Shown here piece by piece: positions 46,742 to 58,584 of a stretch of 64,000 bases of DNA. Below the pieces are notes generated by a model. The model had not been told where the DNA came from. It was given only the letters and a program-made list of their open reading frames with translations, and searched no databases. The DNA comes from Squalus acanthias (Eukaryota): contig JASTWF010000037.1 in assembly GCA_030390025.1 (NCBI GenBank), positions 1,922,001 to 1,986,000 on the forward strand, given 5' to 3'. Made by a program: the position numbers and the translations under genes. Every line of letters begins with the position of its first letter. The stretch's first letter is position 1.

Positions 46742-48402
46742 TGTAGAATTCGCAATATATCGCGATTTTATTAATAAGGAGAAAACACAGAGTTTCGTTC
46801 AAACAGCTTTTATTTCAGCAGAATGCTGCCAGGTTTAAAGTGGACACAAGCAGCCTGTAAAATGGCCGCCGCACCTCGTGACAGAACATTCTAGACTTTT
46901 CAACAGGCAGACAAGATGGCGTTCCAATAAACATTTGTGCAAGATCGATTAAGATTCAGCACAGTGAAGATAATACACGAGACATTATGGGTTTGCAGTA
47001 TACACATAAATACTGAAATCGGTCTCCCAGGTACAAATGAAAGCCATTGTACCGAGTAATCAAGGGCCCATCCAAAAGACATTAATATGTAAAATCCCAA
47101 CGACTCTACGATGAGAGAGCCGTTAACAGGTAGTTATACAAAACACTTGGAAGCCCCACAACCCCTCCAGGGAGAACACCGACCGATTTAACAATGGGAG
47201 AAATATTAACAGGTACTCAGACATTTACGAGTAGCCCCGAAACCCATTAAGAACGGAGATCACCCATACAAGACATTTGAGCGCCAGACCCTAAACAAAA
47301 GAATGGACATTAAGGTTGGGCGGGAAACGGAAGATTTTGCACTATAATTGCAGGCTCCAAACCGTCCATCTTTCTCTTATCCGATCGACTCTTATCATCG
47401 TGGCTGCTCCTGTGCTCTTATTCGTAACCTCGTGGCTGCTCCTGTGTACTCGTAGTCGGGCTCCTGCTTGCCTGTTGACTCTTTGAAAAGGACTGTTGAA
47501 CTTTCTGATCCGTTCGGATCTACCTCGTGTCGCGTAACGAAGACCTATGTTGGTAACTGGCAGCAGAACCAAAGGCCCGAGATGAGATGAGATGAGATGA
47601 GATGAGATGAGAAGAGAGGAAGACCATATCCATCGCCACGGTCAGTAAATCCCGACCGCGCCTGTAGGTCGAACAGCCAAGTTTTCCTTGCCAGGAAGAC
47701 TTCTTCGAACTTGCAAAGAACATATCACAGCGATGATATTGACAACTGTGCTCGGAAAAGTACCTGTTAAACCAACCAACACAGGTCTTCATCACAGCAG
47801 ACGGTCCAGCCTGCTAGCCGGAGCAGCAGAAGCAAGTAAACAAGTGGGACCAGGAGATCTCCTGACCGACACGTGGGTGCTGCGGTGAAAAACATCCGAT
47901 CAGCTATTCGGAATTTCTCCGAGTTATCACGAGTGGTGAGCATGAGTCTCGAAATCCTACGAATCTAGTTAGGATAGATATTGATAGGGGAGGGTTTAAG
48001 GATTAAGGATATTTGTAATGTGTGCCCCTATTTACGGTGTGCCGTTCGTTCCTCGTTTCCCTAAGATCGACTATATAACTGCTTGTAAGATTGTACTGTC
48101 ATTAATCTGTGCTTATGACATGTATTTCATAATCTTAAGTATCATGCAATAAAGATTTTCCATTTCGTACCATTCAACCGAGTCTACATGAGTTTCATCT
48201 CCATTACTGCTCTCGCATCTAAGTCCAGTGTCTAGAACCGTAAGGGCGAGTGATTCGAACCACTCACAGGTGTGTCTAGTGTTCCCAGACTGGCTGGAGA
48301 CCAGAACAGGCAACAAGGCCTAGACCCGCACTGACATACAGGCTGCACAGAGCCGCGTGAATCTCACAGGCTGCGAGACACGCAGGGTCAGAATCCCTTA
48401 CA
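46742..48402 (+). mobile_element. Solo LTR family 2 (about 1.66 kb)
   Basis: TGTAG...CCCTTACA termini, 4-bp TSD AAGG (46738-46741 / 48403-48406), AATAAA at about 48148, internal (GATGA)n at about 47579-47611. Site empty upstream of genes 2, 4 and 6. Confidence 0.85.
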
Positions 48403-48803
48403 AAGGTCTGGCTCTAATTTTTAGACTATGTCCCCTAGTCCTAGAATCCCCAAACAGCGGAAATAGTTTCTCTCTCTCACCCTATCAGTTGCCCTTAATA
48501 TCCTGAAAACTTCGATCAAATCACCCCTTAACTTTTGAAATTCCGAGCTTTTCACCATTGAGAAAGTACTCTGGATCCAAAGTGGATGACTATTGTATTA
48601 ATGGTGCCCATCAAAATTAACCCATGTGATGCTCATTTCTGTCAGGTGACATCAGATCAACTCAGTGCCACTCCGATTGGTCCAATTTAAATTGGCCCTC
48701 CTGGCAATAAATCCATGAGTTCTGTCATTGGGTAGAAATTGTGGAGATTGGGGCTAAAAGGTCCTGGTTGGTGGGTGAAGGGATAGTTGAGTTGTTTAGT
48801 ATC

Positions 48804-51800
48804 ATGGGGGATTTTGTAGTGAGGGGTTTGCTCCCAGTGCTGGTGTTAGTCGGAGCTGTTTGTTCCTCTGATATTTGGCAACAGTTTCGGGGCCACAGGT
48901 TTCAATGGAGAAGAGTAAAAGCCACCCCTGGGCCTCAGAGAGTCCCTTCTCCTGGGTCTCCCTTTGGCTCCGGTCTCAGTGTGTCTGAGAGGCGCAGTGT
49001 GTTTCCACTGCAGACTGTGATGGTGCAGTGTGGAGAGCGCAACCTGCTGGTCAGGGTAAACATGGATTTATTTGGAACCAGACACCTGATTAAAGCTGCT
49101 GACCTGACCCTGGGGATGGCAGGTTGTCGGCCAACTGGGATCTACTCTCAGAACCACACCGTCCTGTTTCACTATGGGCTGCATGAATGTGGCAGCACAG
49201 TGAAGGTGATGTGATTCCTAAACTCTTGTTCTAAGCTTGGTGTCTGGATTAGACCCAACTCTCTATTCCTACCCTTGGTGAAAGTTCATTGATGTTGAGA
49301 TTCCTTTCTCCTGTTTTTAAAACCTCAGACTTGTGTTGAATTATGCATTGTCCTTTGCTTTAACTGGTCTTCCTGAGTGTCTCCAACCTTGTGATCTCAG
49401 CCCTATTGGCCTTGTGCCTTGACTTGGTTCTTCCAAACTTTTCCTTCCATACATCCTGCCTTGTGGATTTTCAGGTCACTGGGGATTCAGTTTAATGTTT
49501 CAGTTATTTACAATATTCAGTTTTATCTCCCACTCTTCCTGTATCAGAATACAGGGGAGTCTGGATTAAATGAGGCTTCAATCTGCTGTTTTAGTCATTT
49601 ATCCAAATTATTAGCAACCTGTGGCTCCTTTATTGAAGTGAAGCTGTCCTTTCATTGAGTCTTTTATTCTGTTTAATTGTCTTGTGCTTGCAATCCCCCT
49701 CCTTGCATTAGCTGCTGAGGCTGCACAACTTCCAACCACATGAGTAGAATGTTGTCCATTTCTGAACCTGATGTCTTTCAGATGTCTGGAGATTTCCTGG
49801 TCTACGCCACCCACCTGAACCACACCCCCAAGGCCCATGGATCTGTCATTGTGAGAACTAATGGAGCTGTCGTTCCCATTGAGTGCCACTATTTTAGGTA
49901 AGATTCTTTACACTGTTGCAAATAACTTCTACAGCTGGTGCAGTTTTCTGACCTTGTCCTAAAATGGCTCCATTGTCTTTCCAGGAAGGGCAATGTGAGC
50001 AGTAACCCGATCAAGCCCACCTGGATCCCGTTCAGCTCCACCAAGTCTGGAGAGGGGCTTCTGTCATTCTCTCTGCGTCTAATGAATGGTATGTGATGGG
50101 TGGATGGGGAATGATTTACTGTAGTCACCCACTGGGAGTTGTACCCACTGTCTCCAACCCTTGTCCCTCTTGTACTTCAGATGACTGGCTCACAGAGCGC
50201 ACCTCGACCGTCTACTACCTGGGCAACCTCATTCACATTGAGGCCTCTGTTTCAATGACCAACCACATGCCCCTGAAGCTCTATATTGACCGCTGTGTCG
50301 CTACCTTGAGCCCAGACAAGGACTCCAGCCCGAGATACAGTATCATTGACTACAATGGGTAAGGAGCGCTCTGCTTTCTCCAGCTGGTCCTGTCTCAATG
50401 GCTTCACTTGATTCACTTCATGTCCCCTCTTAATTATTTCTCCAGTTGCCTCCTGGACAGCAAAGCTGAGGACTCCTTCTCAACCTTCGTGTTGCCAAGA
50501 GACGAGCGTGAGCTGGACAAGCTCCACTTTGACCTGGATGCGTTCCGCTTCTTTGGAGATGACCGTTCCTTGGTAAGAGGAAGCCGACCGTTGCAAAGTA
50601 TTTACAACAGATACAGGCCATTCTGCGTAACTGGTTTATGCTCCACACGAGCATCCTCACCCCTCTACATCTAAACTATTAACATATCCTTCTATTCCTT
50701 TCTCCCTCATGTGTTTATTTAGCTTCCCCTTTAATGGATCTGTGCTATTTGCCTCAATCACTCCGTGGTAGCAATTTCCGCATTCTCGCCACTCTCTGGG
50801 TGGAGATGTTTCTCCTGAATTCCCGATTGGATTCATTAGTTATGACTTTGTATTTATGGCCCCTCGTTCTAGTCTCGCCCACAAGTGGAAACCTCTTCTC
50901 TGTCCACTCTATCAAACACTTTAATCTTTCAAGACCTCTATCGGATCACCCCTCAGTCTTTTTTCTAGAGAAAAGAGCCCCCAGCCTGTTCATTCTTTCC
51001 TGATGGGTATAACCTCCTGGGTTTGTTATCGTTCTATTAAAGCATTTCTGAACTTTCTCCAGTGCCTCCATATCCTTATAATATGGAGAGCAGGACTGTT
51101 CGCAATACTCTGTTCTCTTACCAGGGTTCGATACAAGTTTAACAGAACTTCTTTCATTTTCAATTCTATCCCTTGAGAAATAAACCCTGTGCTTTGTTTT
51201 ATTTATGGCCGCCTTAACCTGTGTTGCTCCTTTTGGTGGTTTACGTATCTGTACCCCCACATCCCTCTGTTTCTCTACCCCATTTGGACACTTATTTTCC
51301 CAGGAGTATTTGGCTTCCTTATGCTTCCTACCAACACATGACCTCACACTTGCATATACTGGAAGTTCATTTGCCAATTACATGCCCATTCTGCAGGTTT
51401 ATCAATGTCTAGCTGTATTTTTGTTCCAGTCCTACTCTATTAACTACATCTGCCCCCCACCCCCCACCCCCCCCAAATTTGGTGTATTCTACAAATTCTG
51501 AAATTGTACTTTGGATTCCAGAGTCTAAATTGTTTGTGTAAATGATGAACAAGTGGTCCCAGCACAGATCACTGGAACCCCACTTACCAGTCTGAGTAAC
51601 AACCTTTAACCCCCACTCACTGTTCTGATTTATAACTAGCTTGTGATCCATTCTGCTACTTGTCCACCCTGACACCACATGGTCATTGAGTTCCCAAGTT
51701 GGGAGGGAGTCACTGAATAACAGCTTGTGTTGATGTGTCCCTCAGATTTTCATCACCTGTCACCTGAAGGTTGCTGCAGTGGATCGGAGAGATTCCATGA

Positions 51801-52444
51801 GCAAAGCTTGTACTTTCCAGAAGATGCAGAATGTGTAAGTTTCCCCCTCTCTCCCTCAGGGATGTGTTGTGTGGAGAAGTGATGCCCAACCTGATTGTGA
51901 CACTGATTCTCTTGTTTAGCTGGGCCCCATTGGAAGTATCCAACAATGACGTTTGCTCCTGTTGTCATTTGGGCAACTGCGGTGCCACAAGGGAGTTTGG
52001 ATTTGATTCCAGAGGAAGGAGGGATCTTGTACCTGGAGCTGGTAGGACATTGATCCTCTAGATGTTGGAGGTTGCCCTTTACCCTCTCTAACTGGAATGT
52101 TTGATATTGCAGGGAGCGATGCTGAATTGAAGTGGGAGGGTGAGGCCTCACTTGGACCCCTAGTCATTCTGGACACTGATGTGACCGACCTGGCAACTGA
52201 GTCCCTTAATGAGGTTGAGCAATGGATGGAGGAGGGGTCTCCAGGTGGTGAGTTGGCCGACTGCTGGTTTCCATTTCCCCCTCAGTATTTCCTTCACTCA
52301 CTGTTGGTTTCTCCTTGCTTTTTAGGTGTGGAGTCTGAGGTGATCCTGATGGTGGCCCTGACTGTGACAGCTGTCTCTCTGATCTCTGCTTCTTTGATCG
52401 CCTTGTTCCTGTACAGGAAACACAAGCCAAGCCTGTTCAACTAG
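48804..52444 (+). CDS. ZP3: ZP3-like copy 5 (type B), 463 aa
   Basis: Exons 48804-49205, 49782-49897, 49985-50088, 50181-50358, 50446-50572, 51746-51834, 51920-52041, 52113-52247, 52326-52444. Promoter CAGGTG at 48643 and CCAATTTAAATTGG at 48682-48695. Confidence 0.93.
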
Positions 52445-53060
52445 TTACTAAATGATCAATAAAGCAGTGACTCCTTGTATCTTATGTCTCGTTGCTCATT
52501 TGTCACAATGTCTGTCCCAGAGCCCACAGAACAATGAGATGGATCTTAATTGGACAATGTTGCTCGTGGTTATAATGGCTTATCCAGGCACAGAATTTGG
52601 ATGGCTGGTGATTACAGCAACTGTACAGCCCTCATTGTGCAGGTCAATGATCTCTGAATGGACAGAGGGACTGGTGCATGCTGGGCTCAAGCATCTCATT
52701 GGCTCCTTTGTTCTGGCAGCTTTCTCTAGTAGAGGCACTGACACTTTGCATGGTGCGATCATGTCTCTGTTCCACTGGCTCCAGTATCTGGTTTTTCATG
52801 TTGCTGTGGTTCGTGTTTACTTAACTCGTCCTGTGGTGTGAATGGGGTGACTGGGTGCCAATGGGAGCTGGCACTGTTCAGAGCCCTAATATACAGCTCA
52901 GTCATTGGCTGCATCTTCCCCTGGGTGAAGGGTAGGACCTCACCTTTGCTGGGAACCAAATGATGGCAGAGATTAGAATATTGAACAAGTTGGCAGAGGG
53001 TCGGGTTTTGATGAAGTTGGTATCTTCTCTTACTGAATGAGCTTCTAATTGGGAACTCTT

Positions 53061-53198
53061 AACCTCTCCTTGCCCAGCCCCACCTTGAACTGGGGAGGTG
53101 ACCATCTCCTGCCCTGAGCTTTTACTAAACCTCTCCTTGCCCAGCCCCACCTTGAACTGGGGAGGTGACCATCTCCTGCCCTGAGCTTTTACTAAACC
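53061..53198. repeat. 67-bp post-ZP3 minisatellite (2 units)
   Basis: Same unit as 9105-9510. Confidence 0.85.
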
Positions 53199-54087
53199 TT
53201 CTGCTCCTGTCTCAATTGGAATGAGCTCACGGTGGGCTCCTTTTTAAAGGTAGCCTCCAGTGTCAGTGGTCCCTATTGAGTCTTCAGTGCTCCAAATGTG
53301 TCACTCACCCTGGAAAAGTAGCAAGATGCTCAAGGGTGAGTTCCACAAGTAATCTTGTGCAGACTAAATAGAGCCCTGAATATAGTCTCCCAATGTAGGA
53401 AGACAAAGGATTCGAGTGGAAATGCAGTGAAACATGGGCTTCTTCTAACTTGAGTGGCAGGTTCACGGGGAGGGGAGCCTCAACGACATAAGAAATAGGA
53501 GCAGAAGTAGGGCAATTGGCCCTTCGAGCCCGCTCCGTCATTCAATAAGATCATGGCTGATCTTCTACCTCATCTTCACTTGCCTGAACTATCCCCATAT
53601 CCCTTAATTCCCTTAATATTCAAAGATCTATCGATCTCTGTCTTCAATATATTCAACGATTGAGCCTCCACAGCCCTCTGGGGTAGAGAATTCCAAAGTT
53701 TCACCACACTCAAGAAATTTCTCCTCATCTCAGTCCTAAATGGCAGACCCCTTATCCTGAGACTGTGACCCCTGGTTCTAGACTCCCCAGCCAGGGGCAA
53801 CATCTTCCCTGTCAAGCCCTGCAAGAATTTTGTTTTTCAATGAGATCACATCTCATTCTTCTAAACTGGAGAAAATAGGCCTAGTCTACTCAATCTCTCC
53901 TCATAGGACAATTTCACCCCCTCTTCCCACCCCCGCCCCCCAATCCCAGGAATCAGTCTGGTGAACCTTTGTTGCACTCCTTCTATGCCAAGTATATCTT
54001 TCCTTCGGTAAGGAGGCCAAAACATTACACAATACTCCAGGTGTGGTCTCACCAGGGCCTTATATAATTGCAGTAAGATGTGTTTAG

Positions 54088-56066
54088 AAGCATAGGTTAG
54101 ATACAGAGTAAAGCTCCCTCTACACTGTCCCGTCAAACACTCCCAGGGCAGGTAAAGCACAGGTTAGATACAGGGTAATGCTCCCTCTACACTGTCACAT
54201 CAAACACTTCCAGGGCAGGTACAGCACGGGTTAAACAGAGTATAGCTCCCTCTAAACTGTCTACATCAAACACTCCCAGGACAGGTACAGCACGAGTTAG
54301 ATACAGAGTAAATATCCCTTTATATTGTCCCATCAAACACTCCCAGGAGAGGTACAGCACGAGTTAGATTCAGAGTAAAGCTCCCTCTACACTGTCCCAT
54401 CAAACACTCCCAGGGCAGGTACAGCACGGGTTAGATACAGCGTAAAGCTCCCTCTACACTGTCCCATCAAACATTCCAGGGCAGCTGCAGCACGGGTTAG
54501 ATACAGAGTAAAGCTCCCTCTGTACTGTCCACATCAAACACTCCCAGGGCAGATACAGCACGAGTTAGATACAGAGTAAAGATCCCTTTATATTGTCCCA
54601 TGAAACACTCCCAGGAGAGATACAGCACGAGTTAGATACAGAATAAAGCTCCCTCTACACTGTCACATCAAACAGTCCCAGGGCAGGTACAGCACAGGTT
54701 AGATACAGAGTAAAGCTCCCTCTACACTGTCCCATCAAACACTCCCAGGGCAGGCACAGCACAGGGTTCAATATAGAGTAAAGCTCCCTCTACACTGTCC
54801 CATCAACCACTCCCAGGGCAGGTACAGCACATGTTAGATACAGAGTAAAGCTTCCTCTACACTGTCCCATCAAACACTCCCAGGGCAGATACAGCACAGG
54901 TTAGATACAGAGTAAAGCTCCCTCTACACTGTCCCATCAAACCCTCCCAGGGCAGGTACAGCACGGGTTAGATACAGAGTAAAGCTCCCTCTACACTGTC
55001 CCATCAAACACTCCCAGGGCAGGTACAGCACGGGTTAGATACAGAGTAAAGCTCCCTCTACACTGTCCCATCAAACACTCCCAGGGCAGGTACAGCACAG
55101 GTTAGATACAGAGTAAAGCTCCCTCTACATTGTCCTATCAAACACTCCCAGGGCAGGTACAGCACGGGTTAGATACAGCGTAAAGCTCCCTCTACACTGT
55201 CCCATCAAACATTCCAGGGCAGCTGCAGCACGGGTTAGATACAGAGTAAAGCTCCCTCTGTACTGTCCACATCAAACACTCCCAGGGCAGATACAGCACG
55301 AGTTAGATACAGAGTAAAGATCCCTTTATATTGTCCCATGAAACACTCCCAGGAGAGGTACAGCACGAGTTAGATACAGAATAAAGCTCCCTCTACACTG
55401 TCACATCAAACAGTCCCAGGGCAGGTACAGCACAGGTTAGATACAGAGTAAAGCTCCCTCTACACTGTCCCATCAAACACTCCCAGGGCAGGCACAGCAC
55501 AGGGTTCAGTATAGAGTAAAGCTCCCTCTACACTGTCCCATCAACCACTCCCAGGGCAGGTACAGCACAGGTTAGATACAGAGTAAAGCTCCCTCTACAT
55601 TGTCCTATCAAACACTCCCAGGGCAGGTACAGCACAGGTTAGATACAGAGTAAAGCTCCCTCTACAATGTCCCATCAAACACTCCCAGGGCAGGTACAGC
55701 ACAGGGTTCAATACAGAGTAAAGCTCCCTCTACACTGTCCCATCAAACACTCCCAGGGCAGGTACAGCACGGGTTAGATACAGAGTAAAGCTCCCTCTAC
55801 ACTGTCCCATCAAACACTCCCAGGGCAGGTACAGCACGGGTTAGATACAGAGTAAAGTTCCCTCTACACTGTCCCATCAAACACTCCCAGGGCTGATACT
55901 GCACAGGTTAGATACAGAGTAAAGCTCCCTCTACACTGTCCCATCAAACACTCCCAGGGCAGGTACAGCACGGGTTAGATACAGAGTAAAGCTCCCTCTC
56001 CACTGTCCCATCAAACACTCCCAGGGCAGGTACAGCACCGGTTAGATACAGAGTGAAGCTCCCTCT
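54088..56066. repeat. 67-bp satellite array (about 29 units)
   Basis: Same unit as 12840-13414, with variant monomers. Confidence 0.95.
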
Positions 56067-56798
56067 GCTCTGTGCAAACAAGGTACCAAATCCCAACCTC
56101 AGAGGATCACACCCTATGAACCCCCTCCCTCAGAATTCACGTTCCCCCAGCTCGGGCCAGTTTTGGATCCTCCCCTTCCTTCACTCCACCATTGATGGCT
56201 GTGTCGACTGCTGATTAAGCCCCACCCTCTAGAATTCCCTCCCTAAGCCTCTGCCTCTCCACCTGTCTCCCCTCATTTACGACCCTGCTTAGAACCCAGA
56301 ACTTTGACCAAGCTCTTGGCCACCCTTCCTAATATCTCCTTCTTTCACTCAGCGTCCATTTTTCTCTCATGACGCCAGTGTGAAGCACCTTGGGATGTTT
56401 TTCTGCATTAAAGGTGCGATATGATGACAAGTTGTTGTTGTTGTTGTTCCAGTGTGACAGTCTCCATTTCCCATCGCACCCTTTATCAGTCTGGATGAAA
56501 CTGGACAATTGTAATTAGAGTGACTTTGCCTCTATTTTGGGGTTTTAGTTTGGATAGATTGTTTCTCCCTCATGATGTCCTTTCAGTTATCAGCAGGGAC
56601 GGAGGAGCTTGTCCTGTTTTCCAGTCTACGAGTTAGGGGCAATGGGTGAAGCTCAGTCCCATACTGATCATCTATAAGGGGTCCTCCCCACAAGGGACAG
56701 GGCACCACTAACAAGAACAAAGAGTCTGTCCGAACTAATGTCCCACAGTACATATCAACTGATTAAGGTCCAACTTTAAGATCCGGTTCAATAAGGCA

Positions 56799-57576
56799 GA
56801 GTATTATTTAAATAGACATAGATTGGGAAATGTTGATGTACAAAGGGACCTGGGTGTCCTTGTACACCAGTCACTGAAAGCAAACATGCAGGTGCAGCAA
56901 GCAGTTAGGAAGGCAAATGGTATGCTGGCCTTCATTGCAAGAGGATTTGAGTACAGGAGCAAGGATGTCTTACTACAGTTATGCAGGGCCTTGGTGAGAC
57001 CACACCTGGAGGACTGTGTGCAGTTTTGGTCTCCTTACCTAAGAAAGGATATACTTGCCATAGAGGGAGTGCAGCGAAGGTTCACCAGACTGATTCCTGG
57101 GAAGGCAGGACTGTCGTATGAGGAGAGATTGGGTCGACTAGGCCGGTATTCACTAGAGTTTAGAAGAATGAGAGGGGGATCTCATTGAAACATATAAAAT
57201 TCTGACAGGACTAGATAGACTGGATGCAGGGAGGATGTTTCCCCTGGCTGGGGGGGTCTAGAACGAGGGGTCACCGTCTCAGGATACGGGGCAGGACATT
57301 TAGGACTGAGATGAGGAGAAATGTCTTCACGCAGAGGGTGGTGAACCTGTGGAATTCTCTACCACAGAAGGCTGTGGAGGCCAAGTCACTGAATATATTT
57401 AAGAAGGAGATAGATAGATAGATTTCTAGACACAAAAGGCATCAAGGGGTATGGGGAGAGAGCGGGAATATGGTATTGAGATAGAGGATCAGCCATGATC
57501 ACATTGAATGGCGGAGCAGGCTCGAAGGGCCGAATGGCCTACTCCTGCTCCTATTTTTCAATGTTTCTATGTTTCT
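56799..57576 (+). mobile_element. CR1 3' fragment, paralog of 35364-36136
   Basis: Same insertion site, 5' junction and tail. Confidence 0.9.
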
Positions 57577-58584
57577 ATGAGGCAATGATCCCAGCCACTT
57601 GTAGAAGTTTCTGGAAAACCCATTGGACTCCGAGTGTTTGCGCGCCAGGCTCCCTGGAGAGGGAGCGGGCAGTGCCCACCGGTACACTCGAGGCCTCCCG
57701 CAACCGGTGGGCACCGCAGGGAATGGAGAGTCTTATCGACACCAGTAATAATATTATCATTTACTTTTATGAGTTTTCTTTTGTTTTGTCGAAAGAGCAT
57801 TCTGTGTTTGAGTTCCTTTATTAGTTGTACCGCCTTAAAGAGGAGGCCAGGAGTAAATCCGTTCCTCTGTTGATGACACCGGGACAACCCATGTCATTTT
57901 ATGGATCAATTAGAAAAACATCCACATTAGACGTAGGAACAGGAGGAGGCCATTCAGCCCCTCGAGCCTGTTGTGCCATTCAATGAGATCATGGCTGATC
58001 TGGGACCTAACTCCATATACCCACCTTTGGACCATATCCCTTAACACCTTTGGTTTAAAAAAATCTAACAATTTCAGCTTTAAAATTAACAATTGATCTA
58101 GCACCAATTGCCGTTTGTGGAAGAGAGTTCCAAACTTCTACCACCCTTTGTGTGTAGAAATGTTTCCTAACTTCACTCCTGAAATATCTGGCTCTAATTT
58201 ATAGACTATGCCCCCTAGTCCTAGATTCCCCAACCAGCGGAAATAGTTTCTCTCTATCTACCCTATCAGTTCCCCTTAATATCTTGAAAACTTCGATCAA
58301 ATCACCCCTTAACTTTCGAAATTCCGAGCTTTTCACCATTTAGAAAGTACTCCGGATCCAAAGTGGATGACTATTGTATTAATGGTGCCCATCAAAATTA
58401 ACCCATGTGATGCTCATTTCTGTCAGGTGACATCGGGGCAACTCAGTGCCACTCCCATTGGTCCAATTTAAATTGGCCCTCCTGGCAATAAATCCATTAG
58501 TTCTGTCATTGGATAGAAATTCTGGAGATTGGGGCTAAAAGGTCCTGGTTGGTGGGTGAAGGGATAGTTGAATTGTTTAGTATC

